Virus record (IMG/VR): IMGVR_UViG_3300033146_004399
Coordinates: 32,001 to 96,000 of that record
DNA length: 64,000 nucleotides
Source of the DNA: a virus
Reading direction: 5' to 3' (one strand)
Positions 30,026-40,343 of this stretch are shown piece by piece. The notes under the pieces were generated by a model that had not been told where the DNA came from, searched no databases, and saw nothing but the letters and a program-made list of their open reading frames with translations. Within the stretch, counting starts at the first letter, position 1. Each line of letters opens with the position of its first letter. The position numbers were made by a program, and so were the translations under genes.

Positions 30026-30679
30026 GTGGCAAATTATTATAATAACGACGAAGTACAAAATTGGGTAGTCTCATATTTAGATTATGAAAAAGAAGAAAGA
30101 AAGACAGAAGAAGGAGCATTATTTTTACGTCAAAAAATAATGATTGAGGTAGGTAAAATAGTAAACGGAATAATATTTAAACATAGATTTACAGTATGGG
30201 AATCATATGATGATTTATATCAAGAAGCTATGGAAGCATGTACTAAAGCATTAGAGAAGTTTAACCCTTTCTTTGTCACCTCTAAAGGTGAATATGCTAC
30301 TACTTTTAACTACTTCTCTTTAACTGCAAAGAGATGTTTGAAGTTTTATACCATGCGTAATCAAAAGAATAGAAATAATTACGCTCTCGAAGATTATTCC
30401 AATACTCTTCAATATACAGAAGAATTGACAGAACACTCTCAAGAAATGATTTCAGAAGAATTTATAAAACATTTAAAGGAAATTTTTATGGAATCAGGAC
30501 ATAAAAAATTTCTACCTCTTATAGATATACTCAAAGAATATTTAGAAAAAATTGGTTCATTTAATAAACGTGATTTCTTCAGATTTTCAAAATCGTATGG
30601 ATGGAGTCCCAACCTTATACGTAAATTTCTTAAAATAATTAAAGATAATAAAGACGCATTTTATGAAGTAAATGTATAA
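30026..30679 (+). CDS. Phage sigma factor, T4 gp55-like (late transcription)
   Basis: N-terminal YYNNDE; region-2-like SYDDLYQEAMEACTKALEKFNP...FNYFSLTAKRCL; GTG start with SD AGGAG. Confidence 0.7.
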   Translation: MANYYNNDEVQNWVVSYLDYEKEERKTEEGALFLRQKIMIEVGKIVNGIIFKHRFTVWESYDDLYQEAMEACTKALEKFNPFFVTSKGEYATTFNYFSLTAKRCLKFYTMRNQKNRNNYALEDYSNTLQYTEELTEHSQEMISEEFIKHLKEIFMESGHKKFLPLIDILKEYLEKIGSFNKRDFFRFSKSYGWSPNLIRKFLKIIKDNKDAFYEVNV

Positions 30680-30711
30680 GATAATTGTATAATCGCGTAA
30701 GGAGTAATATA

Positions 30712-31872
30712 ATGTTTAACGAAAAACCAATCGATCAATTCTTATTTGAATTAGATAACAGATATCCAAATATGACCATAACAGATGACGACTCAGGTAG
30801 TCAAACTATGTTTTCTGCCAATTCTTTTAACGGTGTTAAAAGTGATCTTGGCTCATTTGAGAAAATGATGGCCATTCTAACAGGTCAGGAGAAGTTTGAA
30901 TATGGTCTACTAGATGATAAAAGAAATGTTCGAGTTCTTATTGATCAAATTAAAAATATTAATGACAGAAAAGAAGAATTAAAAAAACAAAATAAAACTG
31001 TTAATGATCAAATTAAGAGTTTAGAAAGTAATGAACATAGAAGTCCAGAAGAAAGTGAAATACTAGATAATCTTAAAAGTAAATATAAAACTTATCAACT
31101 ACAAAAACGTTTGACTCAATTTGGAACTAAAATTAAAGACCTTGATGATATTCTTAAAGATATTGAAGATGGTGTTAACGTCGGTGAAAAGAGAATAGAT
31201 AAGTATGATAGTATTGTTGGTGATCTTGAAGATGCTCTCTTCGATGAAACTTACGTTAAAAGAAATCTCAACTCTCCTAAAGGTGAAATAGGACCTAAAA
31301 ATATACGTCCTAAAGTTATGAATAATTTTCCTATAAAATATATTTCAGATACCGGAATAACATACTTTGGTATAGTTAGACCCCCATCTGGTATAATAAC
31401 CTGGGAAGGTTCAGAAGCAAGACAGGCTTGGTTGGCAGATGAAGATATTAAATCTCTGTTTCGAAGTTTTGAAAATTCAAAACGTTTTTCAAAGAATGAC
31501 ATTCTTAAAATAAGACTTAATTCAGATTATACTGTCGCTAAAGAACAAATTAATGATGCACTTTTATCTATGCGAGCTAAAACTAGTATCAGAAAGATAA
31601 CTGTTAAAGATGACAGTTCGACCATTTTGGCAGTTAAAGATTACATATTTAATGGTATGGAAAATACTGGTCTACATCCAGGTAGAGCAGATAAATTACC
31701 TGGTATTGAAACAAGAAGTAAATCTCTCGGCAGCTTCATGGATAAAATGAAAGATACAACTTCCGATAAAGAAATAAGTGTTGGTATTGACAAAAGAACT
31801 GCATATTCTAAAGGTGTTATTGAAGTAATTGATACAGTAGAATTTTGGCGGTTTATTAGAAGTCTATTCTAA
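30712..31872 (+). CDS. Hypothetical protein with coiled coil; start at ATG 30712
   Basis: SD AAGGAG; AAGATAA at 30678. Confidence 0.75.
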   Translation: MFNEKPIDQFLFELDNRYPNMTITDDDSGSQTMFSANSFNGVKSDLGSFEKMMAILTGQEKFEYGLLDDKRNVRVLIDQIKNINDRKEELKKQNKTVNDQIKSLESNEHRSPEESEILDNLKSKYKTYQLQKRLTQFGTKIKDLDDILKDIEDGVNVGEKRIDKYDSIVGDLEDALFDETYVKRNLNSPKGEIGPKNIRPKVMNNFPIKYISDTGITYFGIVRPPSGIITWEGSEARQAWLADEDIKSLFRSFENSKRFSKNDILKIRLNSDYTVAKEQINDALLSMRAKTSIRKITVKDDSSTILAVKDYIFNGMENTGLHPGRADKLPGIETRSKSLGSFMDKMKDTTSDKEISVGIDKRTAYSKGVIEVIDTVEFWRFIRSLF

Positions 31873-32126
31873 TGTTCTATCCTGTATATGAAAATGACAA
31901 TAAATTAATTGTTGCTATATTTGAATTTACTGAAGATGATATAAATTATGAACCTGCACCGGCAAGTGGTTCCGATTATGATGAATATGTTTATTCAGAT
32001 GATATCAATGCAATAAATTATGTTGGTAATTTTAATGAATGGGGAGATTATTATTTAGAAGATAACGTTAAATGTAATACTTTTTATGATGCTCAAATTA
32101 TGTTAATACAATGGGTTATTAAGTGA
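31872..32126 (+). CDS. Acidic hypothetical protein
   Basis: TAATG coupling. Confidence 0.65.
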   Translation: MFYPVYENDNKLIVAIFEFTEDDINYEPAPASGSDYDEYVYSDDINAINYVGNFNEWGDYYLEDNVKCNTFYDAQIMLIQWVIK

Positions 32127-32143
32127 ATTACCTTAATAGAGTT

Positions 32144-32290
32144 ATGAAACAAGTTAAACTTTCTTCAGAAGAATGGGATCAAATGATTGAAGATTATCAG
32201 AACGGTGAAACTAAAAATATTATGATACTAAAATATAAACTCAATACCATTCAATATAAAACTTTACGTAAACATTTTATAGGACGGTAA
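32144..32290 (+). CDS. 48-aa possible HTH-like protein (not in ORF track)
   Basis: MKQVKLSSEEWDQMIEDYQNGETKNIMILKYKLNTIQYKTLRKHFIGR. Confidence 0.45.
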   Translation: MKQVKLSSEEWDQMIEDYQNGETKNIMILKYKLNTIQYKTLRKHFIGR

Positions 32291-32291
32291 A

Positions 32292-32768
32292 TTAATAAAG
32301 TATATTTTCTGGATGCCACTCAGATACAAAATATGGATAATAATCATCTATATTATCAGTTCCAGCTTGCAATAAAAGTTTATTACTCTTCTTACAATAC
32401 AATTTCAATATATCACAATTCTCATCATTATTTGTCCCAAAATACTTAGCTACAACTTCTATAGGTTGGAAGGTATTTTTAACTTGATAAGTTTCTACAA
32501 TGAGATGACGCATAGAACTTCTATATCCATCACCAGGATCTTCAACAACACTATAAGTAACTCCATCTAATATAAATGAGAACACTTGTGAGTTTTCAAA
32601 ATCATTACTATAATTACTTTTTATTTGTGTTGTATCTCTATCAACGCCTGTGAGAGTAAATTCGCCTACTAAATCATTAAGTTCCATTTTAAGAGTACCA
32701 TTAGATAGAAGACGTTTTGCTATTTCTGAGTGGTTAAACATATTATAAACTATGCTAAAATTGCACAT
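32292..32768 (-). CDS. Hypothetical phage protein
   Basis: 158-aa ORF with normal composition; start uncertain. Confidence 0.7.
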   Translation of the reverse strand: MCNFSIVYNMFNHSEIAKRLLSNGTLKMELNDLVGEFTLTGVDRDTTQIKSNYSNDFENSQVFSFILDGVTYSVVEDPGDGYRSSMRHLIVETYQVKNTFQPIEVVAKYFGTNNDENCDILKLYCKKSNKLLLQAGTDNIDDYYPYFVSEWHPENILY

Positions 32769-32824
32769 TTAAGTAAATTTAAGTAAGATAATTTTATGAA
32801 TGATTTTATAAAGAGCGAGCAACT

Positions 32825-33931
32825 ATGATTAAAGCAATTAAGCTTTATAATTTAAACAAATCAATAATTGTTAATGACATTAAAATAATTGAAACAGAAT
32901 ACAGATTAAAAAAATTTAAAACGTTATTAATCAATAAAGAATATAAACTAATACAAAGAGATAAAATAACATTTATATGTGACGAGTGTAAAAGAGAATT
33001 TGAAGAAAAATTTGCTTTTAATAAAAAGTTTTTTGGATTAAAACAAAATTGTAGGACTTGCGATATATCAAAAACAAAGTTGATAAAATATGGTTCTAAA
33101 AATGGTTTTTCTCAAATAGAAAAAAGTGTTATGAATAAATATGGGGTTAAGAGTGTTTTTCAGTTAGATTTTGTTAAAAAGAAAATTGAAAAAACATTTA
33201 TAAAAAGATATAACGCTAAGAATAATTTTGGACGGTTTGAAGTTAGAAAAAAATTATATAATAAAGATGGCAGTTATAAAAATAATAGAAATAGAGCTAA
33301 AATGACTAATATTAAAAAATATGGCGTCGAAAATGTATCCCAGCTTAAAGAAATAAAAGAAAAAAAGAAAAAAACATGTTTAAAAAATTATGGAGTCGAG
33401 AATATATTTCAAGATAGAATTTTAATGGAAAAACTAATGTTTGCTAAATATGGCGTAAAACACCCGCTTGAATCAAAAATGATAAAAAACAAAATGAAAC
33501 AAAATTTTTTAAAACATTGGGGTGTGGAATATCCTGGTCAACATCCAGAAATTCACAAAAAGCAAATGCATTCTTTTAAAAATAAAACATCTGTTAAAAT
33601 TATAAATAATAATTTATATTACCAAACTAAGCCTGAATTAGAATACATTGTATATTGTCAAAATAATAACATTGATATATATAATGGGCCTTCTGTACCA
33701 TATATGTTTGAAGGTAAAAAACATATTTATCATATAGATTTTGAAACTGATAAATATGTAGTGGAAATTAAAGCATCTCATATATGGTATAAACAAAATC
33801 TAGTTTCGGGTAAGATAGAGGCTAAAAATAAAGCAGCTAAAAAATATGCAACATCTATAAATAAAGAATTTCTCTTTTTATTAGATGTTAAAGATTATAA
33901 AAAATATATGGAGAATTATAATGTCAGATAA
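32825..33931 (+). mobile_element. Homing-endonuclease-like gene (KYG repeats + TnsA-like PD-(D/E)XK)
   Basis: CDEC/CRTC motifs, KYG repeats, HIYHIDFETDKYVVEIK. Confidence 0.75.
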
Positions 33932-34322
33932 AGAACTAGAGGTTGTAGATGAAGCTTCACCAATGGATTTAGCTATTACACAAATGAATGAAATTGCTGC
34001 GGTTGTCGTTGAAAATATAGTTGACGATAGGGATAAAGCTGATGAATTATACGATTTCATGTGTTCAGAAATTGATATTAACGGAGATAAAAATCCTGCA
34101 ACCAGAGAAGCTATGTCTAAAGCCATGGAACTTAAAATGAAAGGGTCCGATCAAATGATTGAACTTCTTAAAGTTAAGGCTAAACTTATTAATCCTAATA
34201 AAGGTTTAAACGTTAACATTTCTTTGGGTAAATTTTCTGATAATAAAGGTGGAAATACAAGTGCTATGATTGATGTAGTTGAAAATATACAATATGAAAT
34301 CGACAATGAAGACAATGATTAA
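33921..34322 (+). CDS. Helical hypothetical protein (weak resemblance to small terminase architecture)
   Basis: Start MSDKELE with SD GGAG inside upstream endonuclease; helical body followed by NVNISLG strand. Confidence 0.6.
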   Translation: MSDKELEVVDEASPMDLAITQMNEIAAVVVENIVDDRDKADELYDFMCSEIDINGDKNPATREAMSKAMELKMKGSDQMIELLKVKAKLINPNKGLNVNISLGKFSDNKGGNTSAMIDVVENIQYEIDNEDND

Positions 34323-35231
34323 GTGGGCAAAAAACTAACAACAGAACAATTTATAGAGAAAGCTAAAACTATACATGGCAATAAATATGATTATTCTCTC
34401 ACTGATTACAAAGGTGCTTTTAAAAAAGTTAAAATAATATGTCCAGAACATGGAATATTTGAACAAATAGCAAATTTACATATTCATAAAACAAAAAAAC
34501 AAATTTGTCCTATATGTACTAAAATTATAAAAAATAAAAAAATGTCTAAAACAACTGAAGAATTTATAAAAGAAGCAAAAGCTATACATGGTAATAAATA
34601 TTATTATTCATTAGTTGATTACAAAAATTCATACACTAAAGTTAAAATAATCTGCCCTGAGCACGGGATATTTAAAATACAACCTAGAGCCTTCATATTT
34701 AATAAACAAAGTTGCTCAAAATGTACAAACTATATTAGGAAAACAACTGAAGAATTTATAAAAGAAGCAGAGGCTATACATGGTAATAAATATAATTACT
34801 CGTTAGTTAAATATAAAGGTGCTAAAATTAAAATTGAAATAATATGTTCAAAACATGGAATCTTTAAACAATTACCAACTGTTCATATTAATGCAAAAAG
34901 TGGATGTCCTATATGTAATGAATCAAAAGGTGAAAAGGCAATAGCTCGGTACTTAGACAATAAAAATATACAATATATAAGAGAATATAAATTTAATGAT
35001 TGTAAAAACATAAAGCCTCTTCCGTTTGATTTTTATCTTCCTAATAAAAATATATTAATAGAATATGATGGAAAACAGCATTATAAACCGATTGAACATT
35101 TTGGTGGAAAAGAAACATTTAAACAACGTAAAATAAATGATGTTATTAAAACTAAATATTGTATAGATAATAATATTAAATTGATAAGAATTAGATATGA
35201 TGATAATATTATAAAGATGATTAACCTTTAA
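34323..35231 (+). mobile_element. Homing-endonuclease-like gene (DUF723-like Zn repeats + Vsr/DUF559-like nuclease)
   Basis: IHGNKYDYS..ICPEHG.F.Q...H....CPIC repeats; LPFDFYLPNKNILIEYDGKQH. Confidence 0.8.
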
Positions 35232-35574
35232 TTTGATTTATTACAGCTTCTAATATATTTAAATCAATTGGTTTTTTTATGAAGCCTTTTATCTTATTTT
35301 CATATTCTTTAGACTTCTCTTCATAATCATAAGCGCTTTCAATAACAACAGGTATATTAATTCCCCTCTCTATAAGTATGTCTATAAGTTCAAAACCGTC
35401 AATACCTGGCATCTTAATATCAGTAAGAATGAGATCAAAGTTTTGATCTTTCTCTAGTAAAGATAGGGCTTCAGCAGCAAAATTAGTTGCTATAACCTCC
35501 CCGTTTATTTGTGACAATTGTGTCTGGAGATAAAACTGTACAATTGGTTCATCTTCAATCAACAAAATTCTCAC
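35221..35574 (-). CDS. Stand-alone CheY-like receiver domain protein; GTG start
   Basis: ILLIEDE, DLILTDIKMPGIDG (phospho-Asp), VIESA, FIKKP; SD GGAG before GTG 35574. Confidence 0.9.
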   Translation of the reverse strand: MRILLIEDEPIVQFYLQTQLSQINGEVIATNFAAEALSLLEKDQNFDLILTDIKMPGIDGFELIDILIERGINIPVVIESAYDYEEKSKEYENKIKGFIKKPIDLNILEAVINQIKG

Positions 35575-35667
35575 AATATTTTCTCCAGATATTTTTCTAT
35601 ACAATATTTAGTTTTATATTTTGTTTGTTTACGCATATAGTATCTTACGTTATTTATTTATTAAATT

Positions 35668-35698
35668 AAAAAAACCCACACTTAAGTGTGGGTTTTTA
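35668..35698 (-). terminator. Intrinsic terminator (bidirectional)
   Basis: AAAAAAACCCACAC-ttaa-GTGTGGGTTTTT. Confidence 0.85.
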
Positions 35699-35700
35699 TA

Positions 35701-36573
35701 TTATTGATCTGCTGGTATTTGCCAACTTTTAAATGCATAAAAATATTTCAATGTTTCTGCTAAATTACCTTCTTTATAGAATTTATCAGGGATAGCTCCT
35801 TCACCATCGTTCCAATATTTAGCTATAACATCATATTCGTTAGTGAAAAGAGCGAGTATCACCCAGTCTTCTCTACTCCTAAAAGTAGTCATAAGATTAT
35901 CGATACGTGCAACTAAAACTTTCATCATTTCAGTGGGATTGTTTGCCGTCTCACTTCCTCTATATACGGTTCTAAATACAGGATCATTTCTCATAAGAGG
36001 AAGATTAATGGTATCTTCTATAGATTTAAGATAGAAAGCTGCAATACCTCTTTGCGAGTTAACGTTATGAATAGGATTAAAATTTGTAGCAACTTTCATA
36101 TAAGCCATGGGAAGAAAGAAATTAATTGATGGTATTTTTTTAGTTGTTCTCCACAGTTGGTCAAAAGTTTCAAGTATTTGCTCATCATTCATTTTTTTAT
36201 CATCAGGAAGTTCATTAGTATAGTAACGAATAATAGTATAATATTGTTCTCTAAGCCTAGACTTTTGTTGTTCTTCAGGAAGACGTTCCCAATCGTTTGT
36301 AGTTTGAATATTAGCACGGGAGGTTATAACCTCTTCAACATTATTGATATAAGTTGTGTGCATTTTATTTAAAGTATTAGAAACTAATATACCTGTCATT
36401 ATCATAATACCCATAAAAGCAACAACTATAATTATAAATGTAATCATCCAACCTTTAGATATACCATAATTAGGTCTTGCATCCATTTGAAGAATTTTTT
36501 GCATTACCTGTGTACTCATATCTGCATTATCCTCTTTAACTCGTTGCCTAGGCTTCTGTTGTAATTCTGCCAT
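35701..36573 (-). CDS. Membrane-anchored SLT (lytic transglycosylase)-like protein lacking catalytic Glu
   Basis: TM helix about aa 43-63; LPMAYMKVATNFNP (ESxFNP equivalent), RGIAAF (GLMQ equivalent), NNPTEMM..F....WVILAL, ETLKY. Confidence 0.55.
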   Translation of the reverse strand: MAELQQKPRQRVKEDNADMSTQVMQKILQMDARPNYGISKGWMITFIIIVVAFMGIMIMTGILVSNTLNKMHTTYINNVEEVITSRANIQTTNDWERLPEEQQKSRLREQYYTIIRYYTNELPDDKKMNDEQILETFDQLWRTTKKIPSINFFLPMAYMKVATNFNPIHNVNSQRGIAAFYLKSIEDTINLPLMRNDPVFRTVYRGSETANNPTEMMKVLVARIDNLMTTFRSREDWVILALFTNEYDVIAKYWNDGEGAIPDKFYKEGNLAETLKYFYAFKSWQIPADQ

Positions 36574-36584
36574 TTTATCTCCTA

Positions 36585-37178
36585 TTAAACTTCATCCCAT
36601 TTTTTAATTACTCTATCAACTAAACCAAAATCTACAGCTTCCGCAGAAGACATAAAAAAGTCTCTATCCATAGCCGTTTTTGTATCATCAAACGATTTAC
36701 CAACGTTATCAGCCATATACTGAGTAAGCATATTATTAAGACATTCCATTTCCTTTGCTTGGATTTGAACATCTAAAATTTGACCCTGAGCACCACCAGA
36801 AACTTGATGAATCATAATACGTGAGGATGGAAGAGAAAAACGTTTTCCTTTCTCACCATTAGAGAGGAGCATCGCTCCCATAGAGGCAGCTTGACCGATA
36901 CAGATAGTTCTTACATCTGGCTTAATATAATTCATTGTATCATAGATTGCCATCCCTGCTGTTACACTTCCACCAGGGGAGTTGATATACATATTAATAT
37001 CTTTTTCATCATCTGCACTTTCAAGGAAAAGAAGCTGAGCTACGATTAAATCAGCCATAGCATCTTCTACTACACCATCTACAAAAATTACTCTATCTTT
37101 TAGAAGTCTAGAAAATATATCATAAGACCGCTCACCACCACCTTCACTCTCAATTACTATTGGAACTAAATTACTCAT
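36585..37178 (-). CDS. clpP: ATP-dependent Clp protease proteolytic subunit
   Basis: [31 protein letters not shown] (Ser), MIHQ (His), DRDFFM (Asp); start MSNLVP with SD GAGGTG. Confidence 0.95.
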   Translation of the reverse strand: MSNLVPIVIESEGGGERSYDIFSRLLKDRVIFVDGVVEDAMADLIVAQLLFLESADDEKDINMYINSPGGSVTAGMAIYDTMNYIKPDVRTICIGQAASMGAMLLSNGEKGKRFSLPSSRIMIHQVSGGAQGQILDVQIQAKEMECLNNMLTQYMADNVGKSFDDTKTAMDRDFFMSSAEAVDFGLVDRVIKKWDEV

Positions 37179-37223
37179 ATACACCTCTTATATTTATTTA
37201 TAATTAACTATGCATAAAGAAAT

Positions 37224-37248
37224 AAAAAACCTCCTAAAAGGAGGTTTT
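37224..37248 (-). terminator. Intrinsic terminator
   Basis: AAAAAACCTCCT-aaa-AGGAGGTTTT. Confidence 0.8.
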
Positions 37249-37264
37249 ATTATGTAACAAACTT

Positions 37265-38128
37265 TCAATACGGCATCGCGAGAAGAGATAAGGGATCTAT
37301 AGAAACGCGATTGTTTCTTATTTCATAGTGAAGATGCGGTCCAGTAGAAGGTCCTGAACTGCCTATATAGCCGAGAATATCGCCTCTTTTAACATGTTGC
37401 CCCCATTTAACTATAAAATGATCTGCATGCCCATAATATGTTTCAAAACCATAATCATGTTTAACAATTAGAAATTTACCATAATCAGGATGTTCTCCTG
37501 TGCTATAGTTATTTGTATAGATTGGACCTACGATACCGTCGGCTGTCGCAAGAATAGGTGTAGAAGAATCACCTGGTATATCTATTCCGGCATGGAAACG
37601 TATTTCACCTGGTTTGAATGGATTTTCAATAAAGCCGTAACCTGCAGTAATACGAGGTATTCCCCCACTAACAGGCCAAGAAAATGGGAATGAATTTATA
37701 AATCCCTGTCTTGCTGTTAAATAATCTTTAACTCCAGACATAAGAAGGAGATCATCATTCATACTTGATATAGTCGTTTGCATTTGGAGCAAAACACTTT
37801 CATCACTTGTAGGTATTTTGAACTCTGTAGTACCACCTACAGCGGTATCTTTATTATATAGAAGTTTAACTATTTCTTTAACATTAAATCTATATTGATC
37901 TCGTATTTTAATAACATTTTTAAGTTGTTCTTTGTATTTGGTTATTTCGTCATCTCTCTGAAGAATTTGATATTCTAATACAGTAATTTGACTTTCAGTA
38001 TTATATTTTGATACGATGCTAGCTATGAATAAAGCAGAAGAGACCGTTATGACAAATGCTACAGCTAATATTATTATCACAACCTTTCGATGAACTAATA
38101 TAATAAATCTTTTAAAAAATTTATTCAT
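37265..38128 (-). CDS. Membrane-anchored M23 family peptidoglycan endopeptidase
   Basis: N-terminal TM + coiled coil; HAGID, YGH, STGPHLHYEIR zinc motifs. Confidence 0.9.
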   Translation of the reverse strand: MNKFFKRFIILVHRKVVIIILAVAFVITVSSALFIASIVSKYNTESQITVLEYQILQRDDEITKYKEQLKNVIKIRDQYRFNVKEIVKLLYNKDTAVGGTTEFKIPTSDESVLLQMQTTISSMNDDLLLMSGVKDYLTARQGFINSFPFSWPVSGGIPRITAGYGFIENPFKPGEIRFHAGIDIPGDSSTPILATADGIVGPIYTNNYSTGEHPDYGKFLIVKHDYGFETYYGHADHFIVKWGQHVKRGDILGYIGSSGPSTGPHLHYEIRNNRVSIDPLSLLAMPY

Positions 38129-38268
38129 TTATCCTCCAATATTTATATCTTATCTTAATACAACAATTTGAAATAATGTTAAAGATAAATATATATAACT
38201 AATATAAATATGCTAAGAGAGGTTTATGTGATTGACGATATTTAGATACTGCCATCTATTATAATAGA

Positions 38269-38649
38269 ATGGTTGCTGGCCTTTATTTCTCTTATATTTA
38301 TTATCAAGGCGGTGATAATATTTCTAATATGTATGAACCTAAAGAAATTAGATGGGCTTGGAGAGAATTTAAAAATTGGGCTAATAAAAAAATGAATGAT
38401 ATAGACACTTATATTGATGAAGTTGAAGATGACGAAAGTGTCGAGATAGCAATAGAAGCTATTTTAAACTGGCCTGATTGTGAAGAGCTTGCCTCTCAGT
38501 TAAAAGAAGATAAATATTTCTATGAAGCTGAAAGTTTCGAAGAATTAAGAAAAAATATGAGAGAGAACAAAGATTACTCGGAGTGGGACAACGCAATAGA
38601 AACATATTGGGAAGAAATACGATATCAAATAATTGAGAGGTTGATGTGA
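38269..38649 (+). CDS. Acidic hypothetical protein
   Basis: ORF track; 5' end uncertain. Confidence 0.6.
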   Translation: MVAGLYFSYIYYQGGDNISNMYEPKEIRWAWREFKNWANKKMNDIDTYIDEVEDDESVEIAIEAILNWPDCEELASQLKEDKYFYEAESFEELRKNMRENKDYSEWDNAIETYWEEIRYQIIERLM

Positions 38650-39668
38650 TAAACGAAGCAATTAGTATGAATACAGTTGGTAATATGACCATTCAATATG
38701 CCGCTGAATACAGATATATAAAGAAATATATTATCAAAAGATTTAATAGTAAAGGCATTAAAGTTAAATTGAATAATTCATATGGTAAGAAGCAATATAG
38801 TAAAAATATATTAAAAACTTCTTTGTTTGAGGGATTTACCATCTATTTACATGATGAAGGATTAGCTTCCTCTAGCGATAAAATGAGTATGTCTAACTTC
38901 TCTGTTGAGTTTAGTACCCAAGGCAATAAAGTAGTAGTAAAGTTTGTTTTATATAATGATAAGGTTGAGAAAACAATACCTATAAATAACACAAAAATGG
39001 CTTCATTCATGGACGAAGTTTTATCCCTTTATCCAAGTGCCAAAGAGGAATTATTGCAAATTCATCAAACTAAATATGCAAACAGAGGCGGATTTACGTA
39101 TAATAATCAAGCCAATAGAGCAAAATTAGAAGAAATTGCAAAAGGCTTCAATTACAAAGGTTGTACTATAAGATATAGAGACAACAGTTATAATAACGAC
39201 AATCCTACATTAGCATTAGAAATAAAATATGAACATACTTCAAATAGTTCAAAATATAAATTAGCTACTGTTGTAAAGAAATTATTTCAGGACCCAACAA
39301 TTAAAAGATATATGGAAAAGGATGATAAGTTGGATAAAAATTTCAGGTGGGGTTTTAGTTTTAACGCTTCCCGATACGAAGCAAATTATGATTTTATAAA
39401 GGAAGCAATAAACGCTTTTGTAAATTATATAGATGGGAGAACAGATATATCTATTAAGTATGTTAGTTATAATAAATTGGAAGTTGGTATTCTCAAAAGT
39501 GGTGCTGGAGGTATGAAATCATATCATGCAAAGAAGGAAATGATTGAGGGTGTAAATTCACAAATTAAGAGTATGAATAGAGGTTTTGATAGAATGATTG
39601 AAAAGACACCGAAATATGGACAACTTCTTATAAAGAGATTTTGGGCTAAACCAGAGAAATATATATAA
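38646..39668 (+). CDS. Hypothetical protein (340 aa)
   Basis: GTGA coupling with SD GAGG. Confidence 0.7.
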   Translation: MINEAISMNTVGNMTIQYAAEYRYIKKYIIKRFNSKGIKVKLNNSYGKKQYSKNILKTSLFEGFTIYLHDEGLASSSDKMSMSNFSVEFSTQGNKVVVKFVLYNDKVEKTIPINNTKMASFMDEVLSLYPSAKEELLQIHQTKYANRGGFTYNNQANRAKLEEIAKGFNYKGCTIRYRDNSYNNDNPTLALEIKYEHTSNSSKYKLATVVKKLFQDPTIKRYMEKDDKLDKNFRWGFSFNASRYEANYDFIKEAINAFVNYIDGRTDISIKYVSYNKLEVGILKSGAGGMKSYHAKKEMIEGVNSQIKSMNRGFDRMIEKTPKYGQLLIKRFWAKPEKYI

Positions 39669-39694
39669 TGTATTTTAAATTAGGAATAATATAA

Positions 39695-40051
39695 ATGGCT
39701 ATTAGACATAAAACGCTATATAATGTAACTAAAAAATATAATTGGGACTGGTTTATAGGAACAACTATTAATAAAGGCCATAGACACCAACTATACTATG
39801 ATGGCTTCCTATATAAAACACGTGTAGATAGGAATATTATGCCTTGGGCTTATGGTTCAGACTTAAATGCTGCCGCCTTCTCAATCTCAATAAAGGGGTT
39901 TAAATTCCTGTGTAAGGAATATCCTGGTACAACAGTAGACGAAATGAAATATGATATATTTGCTGAAACACTTAATAGTGGTATTAAAATATTTGCTCAT
40001 CTTAAAAATAGTGAAGGCTTCTATAAGAGAAGTGGAGAGAGATTGTTATGA
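39695..40051 (+). CDS. Hypothetical protein
   Basis: SD AGGA. Confidence 0.65.
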   Translation: MAIRHKTLYNVTKKYNWDWFIGTTINKGHRHQLYYDGFLYKTRVDRNIMPWAYGSDLNAAAFSISIKGFKFLCKEYPGTTVDEMKYDIFAETLNSGIKIFAHLKNSEGFYKRSGERLL

Positions 40052-40332
40052 AAAGAATAAGTATATTAAAACCAATCATATTTCAAGAATGGGAATTTAC
40101 TATGCGTATTATACAACCTAAATGCATTTACGGATTTGTAAATATAGAAGGAGACCGGATATACGGGTGACAATTAAAAGCTTATGGACAATTTGAAATG
40201 GGTTATTATTCTAAAAAAGAATGGATTCGAGCAATTAAAACATCAGATCCTGATAAGTTTAGAAAGTTTGATATTGATTCTTTAGGGAAAGTAAGAAAAA
40301 GAAACTTACTTAAAAATATTATGAAAAAATAA
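40048..40332 (+). pseudogene. 94-codon small gene interrupted by an in-frame TGA at codon 41
   Basis: MKRISILK...GDRIYG*QLKAYG...RNLLKNIMKK; ATGA-coupled to upstream gene and fills the gap to next SD. Confidence 0.65.
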
Positions 40333-40343
40333 AGGAGTAAGAT

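Noticed and set aside
33921-34322. Firm terminase small subunit call
   Set aside because: Only general architecture matches, and it lies about 24 kb from terL.
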